DNA of 64,000 bases from Dehalococcoidia bacterium (GCA_963555985.3 OY820591.1:2016001-2080000), one strand, 5' to 3'. Positions 46,669-60,067 are shown, counted from the stretch's first letter. Translations and numbers: made by a program. Notes: a model not told the origin generated them from the letters alone.

Positions 46669-46760
46669 TGTTGTGATGTGGAGGCTAGCAGGCGCACCCT
46701 GCCGTAAACAAGCTCAGTGCGCACGCCTAGCCTGCGCCCTGCATCTCCCAAGGGGAGACT

Positions 46761-47561
46761 ATGAAGGAAGGCAACATGACCGAAGCTTCGTTTGCCCGCT
46801 TCGAAGACAAGGTGGCGTTGATCAGCGGAGCCGCCAACGGCATCTGCCGCGTCAGCGCCGAGATCATCGCCGCCGAAGGCGGAAGGATCGCCGCCGTCGA
46901 CTACGACCGGGAGCTGCTTGACAGCGCGATGGAGGCCTTCGCCCAGGCCGGCGGCGGCTCGCATCACGCCTATCCCGCCAATGCGCTCCGGCAGGAGGAA
47001 GTCGACGCCGTCGTCGCCGACGTGATCGACCGCTTCGGTAGGATCGACATCCTGATCAACGGCGTCGGCGGCTCGACGATCATCGCCAACTCAGCCGCGC
47101 GTGCCGACGAACTGACGATGGAGGAGTGGCAGCAAGTGCTCGACTTCAACCTCAGCGGCACGTTCCTCTTTTGCCACGCCACAATTCCGCATATGACCCG
47201 GCAGGGCAGCGGCAAGATTGTCAACTTCGCCTCGATCGCCGGCCGGGGTAAGAGCGCCAGTAGCTCCTCGGCCTACGCGGCGGCCAAGGGCGGGATCATC
47301 GCCTTCACGACCAAACTCGCGTTGGAGGTCGGTCCCGCAGGCATCAACGTCAACGCAATCGCACCCTCAGCCACCCTCACCGAACGCATCCGCCGCCACT
47401 GGGAGACCCGGCCCGCAGAACTGCGAGAACAAGCCGTCGCCTCAACCCCGCTGGGCCGGCTCGCCGAACCAATCGACCAGGCCAATGTCGTCTGCTTTCT
47501 GGCGTCGTCGCACGCGGACTTCGTCACCGGCGTCACGATCGATGTAACCGGCGGTGCCTAG
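46761..47561 (+). CDS. classical SDR oxidoreductase
   Basis: SGAANGI, FNLSG, SIAG, YAAAK and VTG motifs. Confidence 0.9.
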   Translation: MKEGNMTEASFARFEDKVALISGAANGICRVSAEIIAAEGGRIAAVDYDRELLDSAMEAFAQAGGGSHHAYPANALRQEEVDAVVADVIDRFGRIDILINGVGGSTIIANSAARADELTMEEWQQVLDFNLSGTFLFCHATIPHMTRQGSGKIVNFASIAGRGKSASSSSAYAAAKGGIIAFTTKLALEVGPAGINVNAIAPSATLTERIRRHWETRPAELREQAVASTPLGRLAEPIDQANVVCFLASSHADFVTGVTIDVTGGA

Positions 47562-48595
47562 AGCTCTCCCGACTTCATCACTGGCAAGACCTCTTCCGCG
47601 AACAGCTGCATCGATCCCAGCACCTGCTCTTGCGAGAGGTCGCCGAACCAGAAGTTCGCGTTGAAGTGGTCGGTGCCCATGACTTCGCGGAGCTGCTTGA
47701 TCTTGGCGATGCAGGTATCGGGCGTACCCATCACGAAGTAGCGGTCGAGCAGATCCTCCGCCGTTGGTTCCGTGTCCAACGGGATCGCGACTGCCCGACC
47801 GTGGTCGACACGCGCCAGACCCTGGCGGAGGCTTAGGGTCACGCGCATGTTCCAGCGGGCCTGCTCGACGATCGCCGGCAACTCCGATTCATTGTGCGTG
47901 ACGTAGACGGGGCGCTGAGTGCTGACCCGAACTGATTCGCGCCGCGCGGGATCCGGAATCGCCTGATCGAAGGTTTGGCGGAACTCGGCTAGCCGCTCGA
48001 TCGGGATGCCGAATCCGCCGGAGACCAGGTTGAAGCCTCGCTCTGCGGTGGCCGCGATCGACTCGTGGCTCTGTCCAACCACCCAGAACGGCGGATGCGG
48101 CTTCTGCACGGGCATCGGAAAGATGCTGGTCTCGTCGAAGCAATAGTACTTGCCCTCGTGTGAGAATGGCTTGCCCGCGAATGCCTTAAGCAGGATGTCG
48201 ACGGACTCGTCAAAGCGTTCCCGGCTCTCGTCGAGCGTGTGACCAAGCCGGTCGAACTCATAGCGCTGATAGCCGCGACCCAGCCCGACATCAAGCCGGC
48301 CGCCGCTGAGCACGTCGGCGGTGGCGATCTCTTCTGCAACCACCAGGGGGTGGTGCAGCGGCAGCACCACGACGGCGGAGCCGACCCGGATCCGCTCCGT
48401 GTGAGCCGCGAGGTGCATCGCAAACATCAGCGGACGCGAGAGGTAGCCGTAGGTCGAGAAGTGATGCTCGGCGCACCAGATGCTGTCGAAGCCCAGCCGG
48501 TCGGCGCTCTGGGCCATCTCGGTCGCCCGCGCGAACACCTCGGCATGGTCCTGACCGCCTGGCGACTGGAGCAGCAGGAAGGTTCCGCAATCCAT
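47558..48595 (-). CDS. LLM-class (luciferase-like) flavin-dependent monooxygenase
   Basis: WCAEHHF, HHPLVVAEE, GRLDVGLGRGY, PVQKPHPP and LFAEEVLP motifs. Confidence 0.93.
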   Translation of the reverse strand: MDCGTFLLLQSPGGQDHAEVFARATEMAQSADRLGFDSIWCAEHHFSTYGYLSRPLMFAMHLAAHTERIRVGSAVVVLPLHHPLVVAEEIATADVLSGGRLDVGLGRGYQRYEFDRLGHTLDESRERFDESVDILLKAFAGKPFSHEGKYYCFDETSIFPMPVQKPHPPFWVVGQSHESIAATAERGFNLVSGGFGIPIERLAEFRQTFDQAIPDPARRESVRVSTQRPVYVTHNESELPAIVEQARWNMRVTLSLRQGLARVDHGRAVAIPLDTEPTAEDLLDRYFVMGTPDTCIAKIKQLREVMGTDHFNANFWFGDLSQEQVLGSMQLFAEEVLPVMKSGEL

Positions 48596-48659
48596 GAGGT
48601 CCGTTTCCGTTGCCGAGCGCCGAAGCCGCGCCCTGCCAATGCTGCCTAGCGCGATCCGT

Positions 48660-49640
48660 TCAGCCGTTCAGCGCCCGGTCGAGGGCGGACATTTCGTCGC
48701 GCTGCCAACGCCGGGAGATCTCTGAGTCCGGTACCAGCGCATTCGAGCCATGAAATGCGCCTGGATAGATGTGCAGCTCCACCGGCACATCGGCCTCCAG
48801 CAGGCCCTGCGTGTAGGCGACGCTCTCGTCGACGAAGAGATCGAGCGTGCCGACGTTGATGTAGGCCGGCGGTAGTCCGGCGAGATCGGTGGCGCGGGCC
48901 GGCGCCGCGTAGGGCGAGACATCCTCGCCGCCGGCGTTACCCGACAGGTACGCATTCCAGCCGGCGAGGTTGGAAGCGCGGTTCCAGACTCGCGGGTCGA
49001 GGATCGCATGGCTGCTGCGGGTGATGTTGCGATCGTCCAGCATCGGAAAGACCAGCAGCTGGAAGCAGACATCGACCTCGCCGCGGTCGCGGGCGACCAG
49101 TGCCAGACCTGCTGCGAGTCCGCCGCCGGCGCTGCCGCCGCCGATCGCGATCCGGCCGCGGTCGACGCCAAGCTCGTCGGCGGCCGAAGCGAACCAGCGC
49201 AGCCCGGCGTAGCAGTCCTCAATCGGCGCCGGGAACGGATGCTCGGGCGCGAGCCGGTACTCGACCGACGCGACCATCACGTTCAACTCGGCGGCGATCC
49301 CGGCGCAGTACGGGTCGTTCATGGCGACGCTGCCGAGCACCATCCCGCCTCCGTGGATCCAGTACAGCGCCGGAGCGCTATCCGGCAGCGACGTGGGACG
49401 GTAGAGCCGGACCATCACCTCGGGCGCGCCGTCGGGTCCGGGGGCCATGCGATCCTCGGTCACAACGCCCTCGGGCAGCGCCGCCGCCGGCAGCACGCCG
49501 TCGAGCATGCCGCGCAGCTCGGCGGCGGACTCGGGCGTGCTGAGCATGGCTTCCAGATCGCCTAGGCCCGGGAACTGTTGCAGCCCGGCAAGGTGTTCGG
49601 CGTCAAGGTACGCCTCAATTTCGAGTTCAGGGATGGCCAT
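48660..49640 (-). CDS. HSL-family esterase (alpha/beta hydrolase_3)
   Basis: GGAG SD; HGGG, YRLAPEHPFP, GGSAGG, LDLFVDE and FHG motifs. Confidence 0.92.
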   Translation of the reverse strand: MAIPELEIEAYLDAEHLAGLQQFPGLGDLEAMLSTPESAAELRGMLDGVLPAAALPEGVVTEDRMAPGPDGAPEVMVRLYRPTSLPDSAPALYWIHGGGMVLGSVAMNDPYCAGIAAELNVMVASVEYRLAPEHPFPAPIEDCYAGLRWFASAADELGVDRGRIAIGGGSAGGGLAAGLALVARDRGEVDVCFQLLVFPMLDDRNITRSSHAILDPRVWNRASNLAGWNAYLSGNAGGEDVSPYAAPARATDLAGLPPAYINVGTLDLFVDESVAYTQGLLEADVPVELHIYPGAFHGSNALVPDSEISRRWQRDEMSALDRALNG

Positions 49641-49827
49641 GGTGAGTTCTCCTGGTGGCGTCTGAGATCGCTTGCGGGGGCGTCCCGCATCTACCGGTGT
49701 TGCAAATCGTACCAAGCCCGCCACCGCTGCTCGGCCAGGGTCATCCACGATCGGGCGTCGCGCGCTCACTGCTTGCAACGTTTCCGCGCCCGGCCTAGCC
49801 TGAGCTACCGAACCTGCGGGGGTGTGG

Positions 49828-50142
49828 ATGCCGTCTCAATATCCGATCGATCCAAGCCGTACCGATCTCGCCCGGGAGTTCATGGCCAACCCCCTGGGCC
49901 CTCACAGCGCCGCGCTCCAGCGCATCGTCACCCGTATGCGCGACACCGAAGCGACCGGACGCTACGTCCTCGTCACCCGCGTCCCCTACAAAGAGTGGGG
50001 GCTCGCGCAACTCTCCGGTCAGCGCGGCGTGGATCTCACCCTCCTCGAAGACCAGGTGTTTACGTCTATCGAAGACGCGGAGCGCGCGGTGTTCAAACTG
50101 CGCTGGGAACTGATCACCGGTACCCCACTCCTACTCGACTAA
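49828..50142 (+). CDS. N,N-dimethylformamidase small-subunit-like protein
   Basis: EFxxNPxGxHSxxLQR..AERAVFKLRW pattern; directly upstream of the large subunit. Confidence 0.7.
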   Translation: MPSQYPIDPSRTDLAREFMANPLGPHSAALQRIVTRMRDTEATGRYVLVTRVPYKEWGLAQLSGQRGVDLTLLEDQVFTSIEDAERAVFKLRWELITGTPLLLD

Positions 50143-50164
50143 TCCATCCCCGAGGGAGCGATTC

Positions 50165-52396
50165 ATGCTCGAAAAGAAGATCGCGGGCTACAGCGACGAG
50201 ATCAGCGTCGCTCCCGGCGAACGCATCCGCTTCATGGTCAGCTGCGAGCCGGGCGTCGATCGCTACCAGGCCGACATCGTCCGCCTCATCTCCGGCGACC
50301 GCCAGCCCGGCGGCCCCGGCTACCGCGATGAACTCTTGCCAACGCCCATCAGCGGCGAGTACCCCGGCCGAACGCAAGAGACCTACTGCGGCTCCTACGC
50401 CATCGTCCCTCACGGCCCCGCCTTTGACGGCCTCAGCGACCTCTCCCTCCAGGCCGCCATCTTTCCCACCCTGCCCAGCCTCCGTCGCGCGTGCCTGATC
50501 TCCAAGATCGACGTCGCCGCCGGTCGCGGCTTCGCCCTCTGGACTGATCCCGCCGACGGCCTCGTCCTGCAACTTGGAGACGGCGCTGGGGGGCTGCAAG
50601 AATTTGCCCTCGGGCAGCCCTTCGTCGCCCGCGAGTGGTACCTGGTCAGCGCCACGTACGACGCCGCCAGCGGCGACGTTCAGCTGCGGCAACAGTTGCT
50701 GGACTCCTACGCCCGGGACACGTCGAGCGGCGAGGCCAGACATGTGAGCGAGGGGGCCGCTGTCGTCGCCTGCGACGCGCCGCTCCTGATCGCGGCCGCC
50801 AGCCGCGAAGAGGCCCGCGGGAAACCGATCGGAGAGATGATCTTCAACGGTCGCATCGAGCGTCCGGTCGTCGCCTCCCGCGTCCTGGAGCGCAGTGAAA
50901 TCGAGGCCCTCCGCACGGGCGCGGTTCCCCTTGACCTGCGCCCCGACATCTGCGCCGCCTGGGACTTCGCCCGCGCGATCGAGACGGACGACATCCTTGA
51001 CATCTCCCCCAACCGCGCCCACGGCGAACTGATCAACCTCCCGATTCGCGCCGTACGCGGCTCCACCTGGACTGGCGAGGAACTGAACTTTAACCACGCG
51101 CCGGATCAGTACGCCGCGATCCACTTCGTCGACGACTCGCTCTACGACTGCGAATGGGACGCCGACTTCGAGCTGGAAGTCCCCGCCGATACGCCGAGCG
51201 GCCTCTACGCCGCCCGCCTTGTGGCCGGCGACCAGGAAGATCACATCACCTTCATCGTGCGCCCGCCCCGCGACCGCGCCACCGCTTCGCTCGCCCTGCT
51301 GATCCCCACGGCCAGCTACATGGCTTACGGCAACTCGCGCGGCACCGTGGAGGCCGGGGGCGAGCTGCACACCAACCGCCTCGCCGAGATCGGGCCGGAG
51401 GACCGCTACCTCAACCGCCACCCCGAGTACGGCAACTCCATGTACGACAACCACAACGACGGCACCGGCGTCTGTTACTCCTCGCGCCTGCGCCCGCTGA
51501 TCAACATCCGTCCGACCCATCATTGGCTCTGGCAGCTGAGCGCCGACATGCACCTCGTCGAATGGCTCGAAGCGCAAGACATCCCCTTCGACGTGATCAC
51601 CGACGAAGACATGCACCAGGACGGCGTCTCACTGCTCGAGCGCTATTCCTGCGTGATGACTTGCAGCCACCCCGAGTACTACTCCACCAACATGTGGGAT
51701 GCGGTTCACGCCTTCACCCAGCGCGGCGGCCGGCTGATGTACATGGGCGGCAACGGCTTCTACTGGCGCGTCGCCTACCGCGACGACAAGCCCGGCGCCA
51801 TGGAGATGCGCCGGACCGAGGACGGCTCCCGCTCCTGGGCCAGTGAGCCGGGCGAGTACTACATGGCCTTCAGCGGCGAGTACGGCGGGCTCTGGTGGCG
51901 TGCCGGACGCACGCCGCAGTCGCTTGTGGGCAATGGCTTCATCGCCCAGGGCTTCGACCACTCCTCCTACTTCCGCCGCACCTCGGACGGCCACGATCCC
52001 CGCGCCGCCTTCATCTTCGAGGGCGTCGAGGGCGAGATCATCGGCGACTTCGGCTTAATCGGCAACGGCGCCGCCGGGCTCGAACTGGACTCCGCCAGCC
52101 GCGCCTACGGAACGCCGCCCCACGCCCTCACCGTCGCCACCTCCGAGCAGCACACCGACGCTTACATCCGTGTCAACGAGGACATCGGTCACATGCTGCT
52201 CGCCATCGGCGGACAGGACGATCCCCAGGTGCACGCCGACGTGGTGTTTTTCGAGACGCCGCGCGGCGGGGCCGTGTTCTCCACCGGCTCCATCGGCTGG
52301 AGTTCCGCCCTCTTCCACAACAATCACGACAACAACATCTCGCGTATCACGCGGAATGTGCTCGACCGATTCTTGGACGCAACCCCGCTCGCATAG
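50165..52396 (+). CDS. N,N-dimethylformamidase large-subunit family protein
   Basis: GYSD..V.PGE.I.F, LamG-like insert, PTASYMAYGN, SMYDNHNDG, HPEYYS, GGNGFYW, AAGLELD and GGAVFSTGSI motifs. Confidence 0.9.
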   Translation: MLEKKIAGYSDEISVAPGERIRFMVSCEPGVDRYQADIVRLISGDRQPGGPGYRDELLPTPISGEYPGRTQETYCGSYAIVPHGPAFDGLSDLSLQAAIFPTLPSLRRACLISKIDVAAGRGFALWTDPADGLVLQLGDGAGGLQEFALGQPFVAREWYLVSATYDAASGDVQLRQQLLDSYARDTSSGEARHVSEGAAVVACDAPLLIAAASREEARGKPIGEMIFNGRIERPVVASRVLERSEIEALRTGAVPLDLRPDICAAWDFARAIETDDILDISPNRAHGELINLPIRAVRGSTWTGEELNFNHAPDQYAAIHFVDDSLYDCEWDADFELEVPADTPSGLYAARLVAGDQEDHITFIVRPPRDRATASLALLIPTASYMAYGNSRGTVEAGGELHTNRLAEIGPEDRYLNRHPEYGNSMYDNHNDGTGVCYSSRLRPLINIRPTHHWLWQLSADMHLVEWLEAQDIPFDVITDEDMHQDGVSLLERYSCVMTCSHPEYYSTNMWDAVHAFTQRGGRLMYMGGNGFYWRVAYRDDKPGAMEMRRTEDGSRSWASEPGEYYMAFSGEYGGLWWRAGRTPQSLVGNGFIAQGFDHSSYFRRTSDGHDPRAAFIFEGVEGEIIGDFGLIGNGAAGLELDSASRAYGTPPHALTVATSEQHTDAYIRVNEDIGHMLLAIGGQDDPQVHADVVFFETPRGGAVFSTGSIGWSSALFHNNHDNNISRITRNVLDRFLDATPLA

Positions 52397-52453
52397 CAGA
52401 CTCGCCAAGACCAGGCGATCAGTTGGTCGTTCAGTATCAGATGGTCGTGAAGA

Positions 52454-52529
52454 TGGTGGCCCCAACGGGATTCGAACCCGTGCTACCAGCTTGAAAGGCT
52501 GGCGTCCTAGGCCTCTAGACGATGGGGCC
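52454..52529 (-). tRNA. tRNA-Glu(TTC)
   Basis: GGCCCCATCGTCTAGAGGCCTAGGACGCCAGCCT-TTC-AAGCTGGTAGCACGGGTTCGAATCCCGTTGGGGCCACCA. Confidence 0.96.
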
Positions 52530-52592
52530 CACTGCGACCCAGCCTACACCGCGCGGGCGGGAGCCGGTGTCGCCGCGGCGGCGGGCTGATAC

Positions 52593-53780
52593 TTAGTTGG
52601 CGCTCAATTCCGCCATTGCGGCGGCGAATCCAGGGGCGGCGCCTTCGAGCTCACGCTGTTCAACGCAGTAGGAGATGCGGAAGTAGCCGGGCATTCCGAA
52701 ACCGCGTCCGGGCACGACCAGGACGCCTTGCCGCTGGAGCGCAGCGACCAACTCCATCTCGTCGGCGACCGGCGACTGCGGGAACATGTAGAACGCGCCC
52801 TCCGGCTTGCGCACGCGGTAGCCGGCGCTCGTGAGCACGTCGTAGAGGTAGTCGCGCTTCTGCTGATAGTCGAGGGTGTCAATCGTGACGGTCTGGAGGT
52901 TGCGGACGAGATGCTGCATGATCGCGGGGGCGTTGACGAAGCCGAGCACGCGGTTGCAGAAGATCAGCGCGTCCATCAGCAGGCCGCCGTCTTCGTAGTC
53001 GGGATGCAGGGCGATGTAGCCGATGCGGTCGCCGGGCAAGGCCAGGTCTTTCGCGTGCGAGGTGACGGTGATTGTGCGCTCGTAGGCGAGTTGGGGGAAG
53101 GCGTAGGTGTGCTCGTCGAAGAGGATCTTGCGGTAGGGCTCGTCGCTGACGAGGAAGATTTCGGTGCCGAACTCATCGCTCTTGCGGCGCAGCAACTCCG
53201 CCAGCGATTCGATGAACGAGGCCGGATACATCGCGCCGGAGGGGTTGTTGGGCGAGTTGACGATCACCATCTTGGTGCGCGGCGAGAGCTTGGTCGCCAG
53301 TTCCTCGAGATTGGGGATGAAGTCGCTGTCGCAGCCGACCACGACCGGCCTTGCGCCGTGGTTGGCGGCGTAGAAGAGGTACTCGGCGAAGTAGGGCGTG
53401 AGGATGATGACTTCGTCGTCGCGGTCGCAGAGCGAGTGGACGACGACGTTGAGCGCGGCGGCGGCTCCGACGGTCATGACAACGTGATTTGCGTCGTAGG
53501 CGAGACCGGTCTCGTCGGAGAGCGCGTCGGCGACGGCCTGGCGGGTTTCGACGTAGCCGGCGTTGGGCATGTAGCGGTGCGCGCCGGGCGCGTCGGTCTG
53601 AGCGAAGCGGCGGAGTTCGTCGAAAAACTGCGCGGGCGGTTCGGCGATGGGATTACCGAGCGAGAGATCGAAGACGTTTTCGGCGCCGCGCTCCTGGCGG
53701 AGTTGGATGCCGAGTTCGAACATGCGCCGAATCCAGGAGCTGTCCTCCATCGCCTGCCGAATTTCAGCCGCAATTGCCAT
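52593..53780 (-). CDS. class I/II PLP-dependent (aspartate-type) aminotransferase
   Basis: GGAGG SD; SWIRRMFE, DLSLGNP, NSPNNPSG, SDEPY, SHAKDLALPGDRIGY and YFRISYC motifs. Confidence 0.92.
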   Translation of the reverse strand: MAIAAEIRQAMEDSSWIRRMFELGIQLRQERGAENVFDLSLGNPIAEPPAQFFDELRRFAQTDAPGAHRYMPNAGYVETRQAVADALSDETGLAYDANHVVMTVGAAAALNVVVHSLCDRDDEVIILTPYFAEYLFYAANHGARPVVVGCDSDFIPNLEELATKLSPRTKMVIVNSPNNPSGAMYPASFIESLAELLRRKSDEFGTEIFLVSDEPYRKILFDEHTYAFPQLAYERTITVTSHAKDLALPGDRIGYIALHPDYEDGGLLMDALIFCNRVLGFVNAPAIMQHLVRNLQTVTIDTLDYQQKRDYLYDVLTSAGYRVRKPEGAFYMFPQSPVADEMELVAALQRQGVLVVPGRGFGMPGYFRISYCVEQRELEGAAPGFAAAMAELSAN

Positions 53781-53818
53781 CGCCGCGTCCTCCGTCGTTC
53801 GGGTGGGTTTGTCGCAGG

Positions 53819-54250
53819 CTAGCCCAGTTCGGCCTTCAGCAGCCTGCGCGCGAATTCGCCGATCTCGTCGCGGATTCGACGGAATACGGCGGTCAGTTCC
53901 TGCTCGCTCAGATCGGGATCGTTCGGGTCCTCGAACGAGTGATGCAGCGTCCGCCGCGCGCCCGGGAAGACGGGGCAGGTCTCGCGGGCCGCGTCGCAGA
54001 CGGTGAGGACGAGGTCGAATTCGTCGTTGAGGTAGCGGTCGGCGTGGTCGGAGGTGTGGGCGGAGAGGTCGATGCCGACTTCGGACATGACTTGGATAGT
54101 GATGGGATGGACGCCCTTCGGTTGGGTACCGGCGCTGGAGACTGCGGCGCGTCCATCTCCCAGCGCGCGAATCCAACCTTCGGTCATCTGGGAGCGGGCG
54201 CGGTTGCCGGTGCAGATCACGAGCAGGCGGAGCGGGTCGCGAGCGGGCAT
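53819..54250 (-). CDS. arsC: thioredoxin-coupled arsenate reductase (LMW-PTP fold)
   Basis: CTGNRARS P-loop, SAGT, VCDAARETCP and FEDP motifs. Confidence 0.85.
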   Translation of the reverse strand: MPARDPLRLLVICTGNRARSQMTEGWIRALGDGRAAVSSAGTQPKGVHPITIQVMSEVGIDLSAHTSDHADRYLNDEFDLVLTVCDAARETCPVFPGARRTLHHSFEDPNDPDLSEQELTAVFRRIRDEIGEFARRLLKAELG

Positions 54251-54371
54251 GAAGAAGCTCGAAGCGCGTAGACGGCGGGGCGAATGGGAGCCTAGCAGGG
54301 CTTGAGCGAGCTCTACGGAGTTGGCTCACCAGATTCGCCAACAGGCATACACTCGCCCAGAGGACGAGTGC

Positions 54372-55799
54372 ATGAGCCAACGGCCTTCGTCGTATCGCAG
54401 GCGGCCGGGCGATGTGATTCTGCGCCGCGCACGGCTTGAGACCGAGGTAGTGCGTGCGCGCACGCCGCGGCGGATCCGCTTCTCGCCCCGGCTTTGGATG
54501 GTTCCGGCGATCTTCGCTGCGATCATGCTCGCGGGCGGCGCATTGCTGCATCTGCCCTTCGCCTCCAGCAGCGGCGAGTCGCTTCCCTTTTTCGACACGC
54601 TCTTCACAGCCGTCTCAGCGGTCTCGGTTACGGGACTCACGCGCTTCGATACGGCCGATTCCTATTCGGGCTGGGGCGAGTTGATCACGCTGGCACTGTT
54701 CCAGATCGGCGGCTTGGGCGTGACGATGTACGCAGGAGTGCTGATTCTCCTGGCGGGACAGCGGCTGGGGATGCGGGGGCGACGGTTCCTGGGGATTGAG
54801 TTGATGGGCGCCGGGACGGAGCGCTCGGGCGCGCCGCAATTGCTGCGACGGGTGATGATCTACACCATCGCGGTCGAGTTCACGACCTTCCTGGCGCTGC
54901 TGCCTTGGTTCCTGCTTGAGCAGCCGGGCGGGGTCGGCCTTGCCCGCGCGACTTGGCTCGCGCTGTACTCCGCCGTCTCCGCCTTCAACAATGCCGGCTT
55001 CGATCTGATGGGCGGCGGCCAAAGTTTCACCGCTCAGGCGCATGACGCCTGGCCGGTGTTGGTGATGGGCGTTTCCGCCTTTCTTGGTTCGCTCTCTTTC
55101 CTCACCGTGTTCGATCTTCGGCGCGGCCGGCGGCGCTGGAGCCTCGATACGAAGATCGTGGGGACGGGGATGGCCATTCTGCTCGTACTTGGGATGGCGC
55201 TCTTTCTCGCGTCGGAGTGGAACGGGCTGCTGGGCGGGCAGAGCGTCGGTTCGCGCGTGGCCAACTCGTTCTTCCTCTCGGTCAACCGCACCACCGGCAT
55301 GACCAGCGTGCCGATCGACGAGGCCAACGAGACCAGTTCGGTGGCGATGCTGATTTTCATGTTCATCGGGGGCGCGTCCACCTCCACCGCTTCGGGGATC
55401 AAGATCGGTTCGTTCATGGTCGTCGCCTTCGGCGTGTTCTCGGCGCTGATTGGACGCCCGCGCGTGATCGCGTTCGGGCGCGAGATTCCGGCTGCGGTCG
55501 TGCTTCGCGCGAACGCGCTGGTCTTCATCGCCTTGGGCGGATACGCCTCCGGGCTCGTGCTGTTCATGGCGGTCGAACAGGACTTGCAAGTGCTCCCGGC
55601 CGCGTTCGATGTGATGTCCGCTCTGGCCAACGTGGGCTGGACGCAGAACATCGCCGCGAGCGCGTCCACGGCCGGCGCGAATATCCTGATCGTGATGATG
55701 TTCGTGGGACGGTTGGGGCCGCTTGTGATTACAGGGCTGATTCCCGATCGTCCGCGCGAGCGCTTCCGCTATCCGACTGCGGCCGTGCGGATCGGCTAA
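54372..55799 (+). CDS. ktrB: Ktr/Trk K+ uptake membrane subunit
   Basis: SAVSVTGL, QIGGLG, SAFNNAGF, MFIGG..ST..GIK, SALANVG and MFVGRLGP motifs. Confidence 0.9.
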   Translation: MSQRPSSYRRRPGDVILRRARLETEVVRARTPRRIRFSPRLWMVPAIFAAIMLAGGALLHLPFASSSGESLPFFDTLFTAVSAVSVTGLTRFDTADSYSGWGELITLALFQIGGLGVTMYAGVLILLAGQRLGMRGRRFLGIELMGAGTERSGAPQLLRRVMIYTIAVEFTTFLALLPWFLLEQPGGVGLARATWLALYSAVSAFNNAGFDLMGGGQSFTAQAHDAWPVLVMGVSAFLGSLSFLTVFDLRRGRRRWSLDTKIVGTGMAILLVLGMALFLASEWNGLLGGQSVGSRVANSFFLSVNRTTGMTSVPIDEANETSSVAMLIFMFIGGASTSTASGIKIGSFMVVAFGVFSALIGRPRVIAFGREIPAAVVLRANALVFIALGGYASGLVLFMAVEQDLQVLPAAFDVMSALANVGWTQNIAASASTAGANILIVMMFVGRLGPLVITGLIPDRPRERFRYPTAAVRIG

Positions 55800-55832
55800 G
55801 GCGCGGGGATTCGCGGAGAGGAGCTGTGGATC

Positions 55833-56468
55833 ATGCAAGTCGCCGTGCTGGGTCTGGGGCGCTTCGGCGCTCATCTCGCGGAAACGCTGTACGACCAGGG
55901 GCATGACGTGCTCGCGATTGATATGGATGAAGGCAGCGTCAACGATCTCAGCGAGAAGGTGACGGACGCGCGGATCGCCGATATCACCGACCTCGACGCG
56001 CTTGATGCGCTCTCACTGGCGGATGTCGACGTGGCCGTGGTCGCCACTGCCGATCTCGAAGCATCGGTACTGGCGACGATGAATCTGCAACAGCTCAAGG
56101 TAGGCGCGATCTACGCGAAGGCGCGCTCCGACCGTCACGCGCGCATCCTTCAGTTGATTGGCGCCAGTCGCGTGATGCGGCCTGAGCGGGACGGGGCGGA
56201 GCGGTTCGCGCACATGATTCAGGTCGCTGCGGCGATCGACTTTCTGCCGCTCACCTCCGCCTACGGGATCGGGATTTTCGCGCCGCCCGCGCGCTGGATC
56301 GCGCAGCCGCTGGCCCACGCCGTCGCACAGGCCACACCGAGACGATTGCTCGCGCTCGTGCGGGGAGACGAAGTACAGCTCAATCCCGTCCTCGATCAGC
56401 AGCTCCGGGCCGGGGATCAGCTCGTGTTTGCGGCGACTGACCGGGAGTTGGGCGCGCCGCTCGCATAG
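55833..56468 (+). CDS. ktrA: Ktr/Trk K+ uptake NAD-binding subunit
   Basis: VLGLGRFG, VLAID, AKA, IGA..V..PE motifs plus a TrkA_C domain. Confidence 0.9.
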   Translation: MQVAVLGLGRFGAHLAETLYDQGHDVLAIDMDEGSVNDLSEKVTDARIADITDLDALDALSLADVDVAVVATADLEASVLATMNLQQLKVGAIYAKARSDRHARILQLIGASRVMRPERDGAERFAHMIQVAAAIDFLPLTSAYGIGIFAPPARWIAQPLAHAVAQATPRRLLALVRGDEVQLNPVLDQQLRAGDQLVFAATDRELGAPLA

Positions 56469-56528
56469 CGAGTGGCGCGGAGCGGAGACGGCGAAGGCCG
56501 GCTGATCGGCCGGCCCTCGGTTCGCGTC

Positions 56529-56603
<75 letters not shown>

Positions 56604-56705
56604 CCGTCGGGGACAGATATTGGAGAGATGCGCGTGTGCGGTTGACTTGCGATGCTGCTCTGCGCGGTTGGCAGCAGCCGGTTGGCGCTGCGAAGGGCGT
56701 AGAGC

Positions 56706-59688
<2,983 letters not shown>

Positions 59689-59919
59689 GCGCTACGCCGT
59701 TCGCAGGCGCCGTTTGCAATCGGCTCCCGCAACCGCGCTGTTCCAGCGCAGGATCGCATGTTCAGAACCACACACGCGCCTCACATCGGCCAGCCCAACC
59801 CGGCGGGCGCAAGCGCCGCCGGCCTCGACCCGGCCTCCGCGAGACGTCTCCCGCAGCCCCCCAACAAACGGTCGCAGCCGTCGCGAGGGGTGCTGTGGAC
59901 GCATCTCTCCATCTGTCCC

Positions 59920-59932
59920 TTGTCAAGGCGCA
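59920..59932 (-). promoter_or_regulatory. boxA-like antitermination element in the rRNA leader
   Basis: Minus strand TGCGCCTTGACAA about 60 nt downstream of the promoter. Confidence 0.45.
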
Positions 59933-59990
59933 TCCCGAGGTCGGTCGCCCCGCGTCGGCGGGGACGGCTGATCCGGGGGTGCAAGAAGCA

Positions 59991-60020
59991 ATCTTAGCCA
60001 CGCGCGAGCGGGGATGTCAA
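59991..60020 (-). promoter_or_regulatory. sigma70-type promoter for the 23S rRNA gene
   Basis: Minus strand TTGACA-N18-TAAGAT, about 300 nt upstream of the 23S 5' end. Confidence 0.75.
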
Positions 60021-60067
60021 CAAGGGGTTTACAGAGGAGGCGCGAGATTCGGTGGAAATCGGCTCCC

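Noticed and set aside
53781-54551. Apparent 652-aa aminotransferase with a long N-terminal extension
   Set aside because: The extension overlaps arsC in another frame and ktrB on the opposite strand; a GGAGG SD supports the start at 53780.
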